Assembly (NCBI GenBank): GCA_036172245.1
Contig: JAYWIR010000004.1
Location: forward strand, 2,418,001 to 2,482,000
Reading direction: 5' to 3'
Source of the DNA: Raillietiella orientalis
Lineage: Eukaryota
DNA: 64,000 bases
Position numbers and translations under genes: made by a program. Position 1 is the stretch's first letter; every line of letters begins with the position of its first letter. This document shows, piece by piece, positions 1-10,638 of the stretch. The notes beneath the pieces are model-generated. The model did not search any database. It was not told the DNA's origin and saw only the letters and a list, made by a program, of their open reading frames with translations.

Positions 1-900
1 TAGAGTCCACTTTTCTTCCTCTCCGTATGTCTATAACTTTGCCGGTGTGCTCTGTCTGCTGATTACCCTATTTTCTATGCTTTATAAGAGCGGCATTCTC
101 TAAACTCTGCCAACTTTTCAGTAGCCAGATGCCAGGACGTTTATCTAGATCGTTAGATAGGATTTACGTCACTGTTTATTTTTCTTTACTGCTGTTGCAG
201 GTGACTTTTGAAGATTAAAGTGTGATTTCTAGAGTGATACATCCACAGAAAGCCTGAAGATCCTAGAACCTCGGATGTAAAATACGTATAAAAAACGCGT
301 GATTGACATTTGGTTTCTGATTCCATAGCTGCTGCTTCATAGATAGGTAAAATACCAACTCTGCCTGAAATTTGTTTCGAATAGCGTCGAGTTCCAGCCG
401 TGTGATTCCTGATTTATCTTAAAATGTAAAGCGTTCACAATATGGAAATACAGTGAAATGTAAGCACCGGGAAAAAGAGATGTATCGAATAACACCAAAT
501 GAAAAAGAACCTGAAGTTGGTGCTCTTCCAACAGGCATTTTCTGGATCAGGGAGGAACCTCAACAACAAATTGCCATGGCAATTCCGCTGGAGTGCTCCG
601 GAAGAGATCCACTGCGGCGCTAAATAACAGCAATAGTTTGTCCTTATGTACTATGAATACTATGATTGCAGTGTTTCGAAAATGCTCTGTAAAAACTTCT
701 CGAGAGAGAGAAGAGAGAAAACAGCGCCTTGAAAATCCAAATGAAGCCACGGAAGTATTTTCTCCCTCTCGTCATATTTTGGATTGCACTCACGATTTCA
801 CATTCCAATTTCCAATTTCTTCACAAGACGTACACCTAAATATGGTTAATGTACTTGAAGTATTGTACTCGGCACGAATTTACAGCACGCAAGCACTCAT
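1..900 (-). mobile_element. Decayed L1/Tx1-like LINE, AP-endonuclease region (runs off the window edge)
   Basis: Minus-strand remnants LWNQKPNVNHAFF..PRF*D and KRPGIWLLKSWQSLENAALIK resemble the D.W...P...FT...RLD and GPG.WKLN.SLL motifs, in the expected order. Confidence 0.45.
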
Positions 901-1998
901 ATAAATGCCTTTTTTTTAAAAAAAACAAAAAAAACATGAAAACTTGCAATGTCAACCGTGAATTTACATTACCAATCTGGTGTTAATAAAATGAAGGAAG
1001 AAAGGAGAAAACAGTCTTTTCTATTCTTCGAAACTGTTTAAATACCATATTAGCAAATGCAGCATTTGAATTTGGTTGTTTATGTGCATCTCCGTGTTTA
1101 TGTAAGTGTTAGATAAGGCTCGGAATCCCTCTCCAATGACCGATGGAATAATTAAGCAGTAAGGACTCAATCTGGTATAACTTGAGTCCTGGCTGCAGTG
1201 ATAAGGAGGAGAGAAATGATTTCGATGATGTGATTTCACGTAAGCAATCGACCACGTATTCGTATTTTTCTTTAACCCCCAACGTCGTATTTTTTATTTT
1301 TTTTCCCGTTTTAACAACACTTTTACAACAGAACATTGCAGCTTCTTCTGGACTTGCTCCCTAATCAGATCTTTTTGCAGCGCTGTAACCTCCAGAGATC
1401 TGAAGATATGTGTAAATGTAAAATTTTTCCTTCGTGAAAAGCAGCAGCACCGGAAACGGTTGCAGATGGGTTGCAAAACCGAGGTAGTTTGTGGAACTAA
1501 GCAAGCATTTAGTTCAGTAAGTTAACAAGAAAAATAATAAAGAGCAAAGTGTGTATTTTCAAAATTTTATATAATAATCTACCAAGCATATGATTCAAGT
1601 TTGTTTGCTAAATTTTGATATGAATGCAACTTCCCAAATCATAGAATGCTTTCTGCAAATCGGAAGTCCGCAGTTTGGTCTTCGTGAATGAACACACTTA
1701 ATTTGCTCGTGTTGTAAATCTGTAAAGCATTATGTTTCATACACATGAATTACTGAAATCTATATTTATTTCTTGTATTCGAGTCGAGATATGGATATTT
1801 TTTTTTAAAATAAGAAAGCAGTATATCAATCAAATTCATCAAGTGGCATTTCATCCAGTTGGCATTTCATCATGCTGTATTTTCTTAGTTCAGGGAAGCG
1901 TTAAATGAAAATGAAATCGACAAACAAAGCATTTTTTTTTTTTTGTCAACTGCTGAGCACCTGTACAAGAAAAGTACATTCAATAGTAAAGAGGTATG

Positions 1999-2344
1999 CA
2001 TCACGTGACTAAAAATATTCAATAAACCATAATTAGTTGCTGCTTACGTTTTACTCCATGCACCTAATACTCAATAGTAGGGAGTGAAGTGGTTCCCAGT
2101 TTTTTCATTACGCAATTGGAATTATTTCGTAACTTTCACCCGGATGTAAACGTTGTGGGATTTTGATAACTTATCACGTTTTGTTTTCGAGAAAGACAGA
2201 GTAGAAAATTAACAAGGGAAGCCATGTAATTATTCTTATTGGAAATCAACGTTGAGAAATGTGAGAGGGTTAAGATGGTTTACTTTAGGTGACGGCTACG
2301 AACATTCCACGAAAGAGAGACGTAAAACCAAACATCACGTGACT
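1999..2344. promoter_or_regulatory. Two identical 12-mers CATCACGTGACT (extended E-box, SREBP/USF/MiT type) upstream of SAM synthetase
   Basis: Exact copies at 1999-2010 and 2333-2344 in AT-rich DNA. Confidence 0.4.
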
Positions 2345-4033
2345 GTAAAATCCTCAACTTTGTCATTTAATTCTTTCATCATAATAACGTATATACAGCA
2401 CATGTCATGCACTACTTCATCATTTCTTTTTTACAATGTTGGTTCAGTATATGTCCAGTTTTATACGTTGGAATTTTTGATTATGTATTGAAAGTATCGA
2501 AGCTTTATGACTGAGGTGCCGAAGGAAATGGAAGCCATCAAAAATCGGCACGTTAGATGCTGAATGTACGTTATCTATGATAAATCAAATTATGTTTTTC
2601 TGCATTTTGCGTTCTTGGTTGTGTTACAGTACTTTCGTGTTCAAGTTTTTAAGTATCTTAGTTTAGACTGCTCACTTGTTCAGATTGTGTTCTTTGTTTA
2701 CATTGTTTTTAATTCGATCTGGGCACATTTCACACTAAAGGGAATGCAATTCTTGCATATATGAATCGAGACATCGATAAATTTCTTTGTTCCTCTATTA
2801 TAAAATGGAATCGATCCATACGGGATACCGTTTTTCCTATCTGTCTTCAGTTCTGTAATTTTATTTTCAGATAATTTGCTTTTATTTTGACTCCTTTACT
2901 CGTTTTTATAATATTTTTATGTCAAGTTAACTTGGGATGACTCTGGAAAAAAGCCTTTCTTCTAGGAATCATCTAAATAAGAAAATTTTGTGCTGCTTGC
3001 TACACGAGAAAAGTCGATAGCATAAACTGTTTGAAAACTTGGCAGGATGAAAAAAGGTAAGCGTGAAGAAAAGACTGAATACCCGAGTGTGCACCGTATT
3101 CGGCTAAAAACACCATGGCTAATAAGCATTCGAATCTTTTAACTTGAGAGACAATATTAAGAATATTTCCGTCATAATGTATCCATTATTCATGAAAAGT
3201 ATTACGAGTTTAACTTTCGGAGGTTTTGCCTGGTTAGCAATTGCAACTTCATACAGTTCCAAGGAAACACACAAAAAACTAAGTTATGAAGTAGTAGCAT
3301 AATCAAAAGTTTTCTTCAAGATCAAATAATTGTGTTTGTTTTTTCCAATTTACGCATAATCCGCAAAATTGAGTGACTAGCATACAGAACCAAAAACCTG
3401 ATCATGGTTGCCACGCATATCTGTATTCTGTTGACGAAAGTTTATTCCTGAGATTTTTTTCTTGTTTTTGATCATTCGTGTTCGCTATGTTTGTTATGAT
3501 CAATACATTTTCACATGATCGCAATAGCAATTTTCTAAAATCTCAAAGTACCGGCAAAAAACGGAAAGGTAAAATTAATAATGACTCTTCCATGTTAACT
3601 ATAGATCATCTCCACATTTAATAGAAGAACTAAAAATTCTTAACATGAAATGCTAAGCTTAAACAGATGCTTGAGATGCAGCCACTGCGTTAATACAGCA
3701 CACACCGCGTAATGGAAATTCTGTGGCATGTGTATATTCGAAACACACACATCTAAAACCCATTGTGCCTACTAATGGTCGATTTTCGCATATGCATTAC
3801 TATTAAGAGGGAATTATTTTCAAGGTATCTTTTTTATTATTTTAATTATCGTGCAAAAATCACTATTGCATTGAAGTTCTCCGAAGCTGGTAGCCCGTGT
3901 GAGAACAGAAGCGCCATATTGAGATCATCCAGTTAGATGCAAGTTTATAGCGCGCAACATGTGTGAGACTTTAAGTAGTCCCTGCGCTAGTTGCAAATGT
4001 TTACAGTGTAATTGTGCTGCCTCTCGGAGCACC

Positions 4034-6049
4034 ATGACTCTGGATAACCAGTGTGCTTTTTCTGAAGCCGAAGGTGTCGATTCAGATTCAGTTTTTTTGT
4101 TTACATCTGAGTCGGTAGGAGAAGGACATCCAGGTAATAAATTAGGTTTTGATCCTTTTGCTGATTATAGTTGCTTCTCAGATAAAATCTGTGATCAAAT
4201 TAGTGATGCTGTCTTGGATGCGTATCTTTCCGTGGATCCAAATGCCAAAGTTGCATGTGGTAAGTTAAAACCACGAAACGTTAATAGTTTTTAATTGGCC
4301 TATTATTTTGCTTGCTATTATTTTTCGCGGTATTATTATGGATTGACATCGGAAGTTTGTAAGTGAAATGAAATTCAGATATGCACGTAACTTTACGACA
4401 TGTACAACGTGAAAATATACAACCATGTTTTATAATCATAATAAAGCGTACGATTTAGACTGCAGAGTGTTTACGAAACATTATGAAAGGAAAACATGTA
4501 TGTTCATGGCAGTTTAGTCATTTGTGACTATTGTACTTAAAAATGTGGCCGAACAAGTAGCGAAATATAAAAGGGGCGCATTTTCGTAATCAAACTGTGC
4601 AGTGTAAAGGATGCTAATTAAGTAAAACATGTACTTCGATTTTCCCTCATTTGCTTTTGGGTAAAGTGTCCTCATTCTGACGTTACGGAAAGTAAGTCAG
4701 AATATTTTTCGCTATCGATATCTCCGTTCTTCAGTAGTGTATGGATCTTACTTTGTAGAAACTGTGACGAAAACGGGAATGATTCTCCTTTGTGGAGAAA
4801 TCACATCCAATGCAACAATCGATTATCAGAAAGTAGTGAGACAAACTATTAAGGAAATAGGATTTGATGATTCGAGCAAAGGTAAGTTTTAATGCCATTA
4901 AAACAATTTGAAGTGCCATCAAGGATTTGACTGTAAAACACTGAATTTATTGGTTGCACTGGAACAGCAAAATCCAGAAATTGCTGCAGGCGTACATGAG
5001 TCTCGAAATTTGATCCACTTGGGAGCAGGAGATCAGGTTTTACTTTGATGAATGATGACAATTAATTTGTATTTTGTTATTAGGGACTGATGTTTGGTTA
5101 TGCAACAGATGAAACTCCTGAGTGCATGCCTTTAACAGTCGTATTAGCTCATAAAATCAATAAAACAATTGCAGAACTACGTCGGAATGGGACCTTTTGG
5201 TGGGCATGGCCAGATGGCAAAAGTCAGGTACTCTGTAATTAATGAATTTCCCTTTTCATCAGTAGTTTTCTAGGTGACATGTGAATATACATTCCAAAAA
5301 GGAGTTTGTATACCTTTGCGTGTTCATACAATTGTTGTTTCTGTTCAACATTCACCAAAAATTGATCTAGAAGAATTGCGCAGTACTATAATTTCTGAAG
5401 TAATTCGAAAAGTTGTACCTGCAAAATACTTGGATGAGCGCACTATCTTTCATATCAATCCATGTGGCAGTTTTGTCATTGGAGGCCCACTTGTAAGTGA
5501 AATGAAAAGCATTTTGGTTATTTATGTGATTGTCAAAGGGAGATGCTGGTCTTACTGGACGGAAGTTAATTGTAGATACTTATGGTGGGTGGGGAGCACA
5601 TGGAGGTGGTGCCTTCAGTGGGAAAGATCCTACCAAAGTAGATCGTTCAGCTGCTTATGCATGTCGCTGGGTTGCTAAATCTCTGGTTAAAGGAGGCCTA
5701 TGCCGGAGATGCTTAGTGCAGGTATGCTAATGCTGAACTACTATTGATGGTGCCCCTTGCTAGGTGTCATATGCCATAGGTGTAAGCAAGCCAATCTCAT
5801 TTACAGTTTTCACTTATGGGACTGCTGTATGCAGTGAACAGAAGCTGAAACAAGTCGTAGAACAGAATTTTGATCTGCGACCAGGTGCAATTATAAGGTT
5901 TGCTGCTGTAGATAGTTATTCAAGACTCATTCGTTTGCTCTTGCAGAGATTTGAATTTGCTGAGTCCATTCTATAGGCGTACAAGTACATTTGGACATTT
6001 TGGTTATGATGAATTCCCTTGGGAACAGCCAAAAAAGTTAATTTATTGA
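4034..6049 (+). CDS. MAT: S-adenosylmethionine synthetase (methionine adenosyltransferase). Exons 4034-4133, 4182-4259, 4759-4881, 4924-5036, 5084-5227, 5274-5492, 5539-5721, 5764-5897, 5947-6049; 398 aa. An in-frame upstream ATG at 3959 is possible.
   Basis: Spliced GT-AG translation gives [79 protein letters not shown] and FGHFG. Exon lengths sum to 1197 nt, in frame to TGA. Confidence 0.97.
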
Positions 6050-6158
6050 TGTTAATTTAAGGCACATACAATGTTTTTTTTATTACAAACGTGTTTTATT
6101 TTGACCACAGATGCAGATACTGCTATGATCGTACACATAACATACTTGGAATTAGAAA

Positions 6159-6188
6159 AATAAATTTCCATTTTAATTAAGAAATAAA
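6159..6188 (+). terminator. Putative polyadenylation signals of the SAM synthetase gene
   Basis: AATAAA at 6159 and about 6183, 110-140 nt after the stop codon. Confidence 0.5.
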
Positions 6189-6527
6189 TACTCTCCAATG
6201 CTGATCGCAAATTGGTTCTAGTGGCGTGTAGTCACAGTGCATCTTGAACTACAGGGCTACAGGTGATCCGATACACATCCTTAGCATCCTAAAGGTTATC
6301 TAAGTTTATCCGGAGTCTCGTTTCCCACGTAGCACCCTGCTTCATGTTGATTTACAGTGGGTGCCTTACCATGGGCTGCCGCGAAAGTATGCGTATGTTG
6401 GCAGAGTTTGCAAATGGAATAGAAAATTCCCTGATAATAAAAGTTCCGAAGTTTCGGAACGCTATGAAGCGCGTTGAACAGTGTGCGTTGCCTTAGGACA
6501 GACTTTACAAGTAATTAGCTCAGAGTT

Positions 6528-7145
6528 TGTTACTCGTTTGCTTCGGGACGTTTATTAATAAGAAATCGTCTGGGAACAGTTTCCAGGCAAGGGGAGCAGA
6601 AGTTAAGGGGAACGGCTTCCAGACACGCAGGTCGGGCATACTGAGAGTTCGGAACGGCAGGGGAGGGACAATAAATACAAATAGTGGGGCTGGTAGGGAC
6701 GGGTCTGCAGCTTCAGCCGTTCCTCTTAGAACCGGCGGCGAATGCCGGCAATCTCCGTCCTTCGTCGAGGTGTGGCCTCCCGGCAGCCAATTCCAGATTG
6801 CAGGTTGCACTGTCGGGGATCGATGTTGGGACCGCTCGCAGCTGCAATACATGGCGGGCCCTGACAATGGCACGGACGCAGCAGATGATTCCGATGACCG
6901 CTCCAAGAGATAGGCGTGAAGAAGCGGCGCATGCAGTTCATTGCGGTGTCCCATGGATGCCGAAGACAGCCGCCGCCACAGCCCTGGAGGGCACCGCAGC
7001 CGAATAGGAGGTGTGGGAGCGATTCCACCGCTCCGCACCTTTTCCAGTTAAGGGAAGAGACCTCCGGAAACCAGGTGCGCGCGCTGGTTGCAATAGGGAC
7101 CGCAATGCACCAGAAGGAAAGCGTCCTGGTTCCACCGAAGGGGGA
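6528..7145 (-). mobile_element. 5'-truncated L1/Tx1-like LINE 3' end (zinc-finger remnant plus 3'UTR) with an 11-bp TSD
   Basis: GC-rich block in AT-rich DNA. Minus strand reads DAFLLVH..KRCGAVESLPHLLFGCGALQ/LWRRL, with a minus-strand AATAAA at about 6551. AGCTCAGAGTT flanks both sides (6517-6527, 7146-7156). Confidence 0.8.
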
Positions 7146-8699
7146 AGCTCAGAGTTGTGGAACGCGCTTTAGAGCGTCGTATCCTACATTGAAAGTTATG
7201 AGATGCCTGTGTGTCTTTTGGAAGTGGTTATCTAAAAAGAATTATAAAGTAGTGATTACTAAGGATTATTTAGCAGTACGTGATGCCAATTAATGTAGCA
7301 CATACACTTGGGGCAAATGAAAACTAGGAAGATTGATGCAACTACTCCATACGTAATGTGAAGGATCTACATATATTAGCAATTTCATCGCTAATAGAGG
7401 GCCTATAGATTGACCAGCTTGTGTTTTGAGAAGCGAATTTCCGTTCGAACTTTTCGTGATACAGCTGATACAGTCTGATATAGCTGTGGGTTAACTATAA
7501 CTTATTTTTTCATCGTGTCTAAAACATTAATTTGAATAGCTTAAACGCTTTATGTCTTTGCATGAATTTTTCATTCCTCCAGCTAAAATCAAGCATATTA
7601 CCGTTTGCAGTTTTCTTCATCTAAAAAAGAATTTGTGTATTATTATGACATTCCAAAACTACTATGGAGAAGTTTCAGACAAATTTCTAGCAAAGTTTTT
7701 CCCCTAAAATTTGATATTGCTGATTCCTGAATTCTTCATTTTTTTTAAAAAAAAGAATCATGGTCTCAATTACTTGAGTTAGAAAAATCACATTCTGTTA
7801 ATTAAGAAATCAGAGAACAAACTCAAATTGTAGAAGTCTCATCTATTAGCCTGCTACTGTTATGCGTTCTGTTTTATAAAAGAGAGTGCTTGTTATCGTC
7901 ATGAACCTTTCCAAGGGAACCACCTAAAATGAGAAAGGCTTTCGATTGAAATCATCCAGCTCTTGCAAATTAGTAAACACTTTCCCCTCAATTTTATCGA
8001 AGCTACCAGTAAGCAACGACAGTCTTCGAGCCTTGATATCCTAGTCCTTCATAGTTAAAATGGTCTGCCTTCATACTTCTCCGCTGAGTCTGTTTGAAGA
8101 ATAAGGAAAACATACACACAAGTGTGTTTTATTATGAGCACCCTTTCAATATGACATCGCATCCCTTTTTTAAAATGTCCTTAAGGAAATGTTTGAAGGG
8201 CTATGGATTTTTTTTTTTTTCTCTAAGAATCTGTTCAGCTACAATCACCTTTAGAACTCATTTCATAATTTTAGTGCTTCAGCTCTTTTCGGTGAAATGC
8301 TTGAAACCTGCTATGCAGTTCACAGTCCGCTTCCTTTAGTTCTCCGCATTTGGCAATTTTATGATAATTTTCAACAAGAATTCTTTCTTTCGAAATTTGC
8401 ACGATTAAATCGTGCGTAAAGCAGATAACTGATATCCAATAACATGCCCATCTGCGAAATTTCTGGCGTACATTCTACTGCTTATCAATGTTGACTTGAA
8501 CTTGACTTTACATCTTCCTGGAAACAAGCATGACTGAACGGCAAATGCCAAAAAATAGTTTCACTCTTGTGAGGATTTCCGCAGTGCTTTTCTATACGCA
8601 CTTGCATAATATATTTTTATCATCATAATCCGCCATATTGACCGAAAATTACTCCTAATAAAGTGAGGATTTGAGGTTCAAGAATAATATGATCAGACT

Positions 8700-10100
8700 G
8701 ACTTGGAATACTCTCGAAATTTAACCTGGTATGGTTAATAAATCGAGGTTTGGCACACAAGGTAGTCCACCTAATGGTGGACTACTTTCTAATGCAATTA
8801 TAATTGCATAATCAAATTATGAAATGAGTTCTGCACTATCATGATGTCGATGTCATAGTGGTTGTATATTTTAGTCACTGATATTCAATAGCTTCAGAAG
8901 GAATGGTGAGTTCTTCGGATTACATGTCTTTGCAGTTGTTCAATCCCATGATTTCGTATTTCCTAAAGCTGCATAAGCTCTGTGTGTATGGGAAAAAATA
9001 TTCCTTGAAAGTACATAGATACTTGTCATCTACGAAATCCTATATTTCCAATTCCATTCTGAAAAAGCCCACTGTTCTACACAATTTTCATTTTTCGTGT
9101 GTTTTTCAGATCTCCTTCAGAATTCTTACACGGTTGCGAATCACTGCTTCATAATAGTCAACGTGCTATTCTATAATTAAATGCTCTCAGAAATGTTTAT
9201 TTTCTTTTGTTATATTTGATTTTTCTCTATTTCTTTCATTCCCTTCTCTAGACAAATCATTTCAGTTGAATAATCTACTATATTGAATGACGCTCTGGTG
9301 TAATCTTGACTTTGATTTTCTTGAATGGTGCTTTTAAAACCGAGGGTAGGGAATTTTTTTCCAAAGATTTATTTCACGCTGAATTTTCATGCCATCATGC
9401 CATAAATATGCTTTATGAAGGACTTCTCCACGATGTGTGGCGCAGAATTCTGACAAATCCGAACAGAGCCGGAATCTGCCGAAATCACTCCCGAGCTGCT
9501 AGGAGGAATCGGGTCCAAAATTCGAGATTTGTAGCCTTCGTTTGAAGGCGCTGATGAATAATGGGGAAGAAAAATCAAAGTGCTCTACATCATGGGATAA
9601 TGTCAAAAAAGATATTCCTCGAGCTGTGAGAAACTTCCGCTTACTTCCAAAGTTGTTTTCCGTCAAAGTGGCAGTCTGTGCTCGTCATACAATCCTTCGG
9701 GAAGCAAATGTGACTGAAGTAAACAGTCTCAGAATCGCACATGGGTGCGGGAGAAAGAAATTCACATAATGAAGCACTCTTAATCATTCTTAGGGTCACA
9801 GAATATATCTTTGCACTCTAGGGATGCCAGAAAGCGAGTTTTGTACATCCGATCAGATTAATTTTCCGGTTTGCAACCTCGACCACAAAGTGGTTTAATC
9901 TACAGGGGCTAATTAAGTAAAGGTTCTCGGGTAATTCTTTTGGGAAAGTGCTTCGGACCCTTTTCAATGTGTTTGAAACGCTCTTAATAGCTGTAAACAT
10001 ATGTTCTGGTCTTCCATCATGCCAGATGGACAAATGTCATTTCATGCACGCGTTTCTTTCGGACATGTTTCAAGCCATTTGAAAGTTTTGCTTTCCTTTG
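8700..10100 (-). mobile_element. Very decayed L1/Tx1-like LINE (ORF1 plus endonuclease start)
   Basis: RVRSTFPKELPENL (ORF1-like), a corrupted CCHC knuckle near 9720, then ILKEI*KTHE (QETH-like) and EIMGLNNC (GDFN-like). Confidence 0.35.
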
Positions 10101-10638
10101 TAAGGTTATGTTGATTCTTACGTAATTAAAACCGGCTCGAGTAGGCGTAAGCAGGGAAGTGTATGAAGTTGTAAGATTGTCATTTCCTTCCTATGTTTTC
10201 ATGTTTGTCACATACTATTTTTTATTCTCGTGTTGTTTACATCATTTGTTATTTCCAATTTTGTGTCCTATTAAGTCTGTGGAATGTGGTTGATGCATCT
10301 CGTGTTACGTTTGATTCCCAGTCTCCCTGGTGCGTAAATGATGCATTTGCTTTCACGTTCCAAAGACTACATCTGAAAACTGTTGTCACTTTCACAAACA
10401 CTGATCCCGGCCGGTTTTCTTAGACTACTTATTGCATTGCGTACACTCAACATAAATTGTGAACATTATTCCTAAGACCAAATTTCATGACTAAACATTG
10501 ATGCTTGCTTGTCAAACAAAAAGAATTCAAGTTTTGTGTGTAGGTTTACCTTGTTGGATTTTCTGTTTGTTACAGCCTGTATATAAGAACTGGTTTATTT
10601 GTGGGAAGCTTGTACGATGTTTAAGTTCTCATTTTAAA

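Noticed and set aside
8762..8785. 10-bp hairpin GTAGTCCACC-taat-GGTGGACTAC as a Helitron end or terminator
   Set aside because: I found no matching element start and no convincing CTRR terminus.
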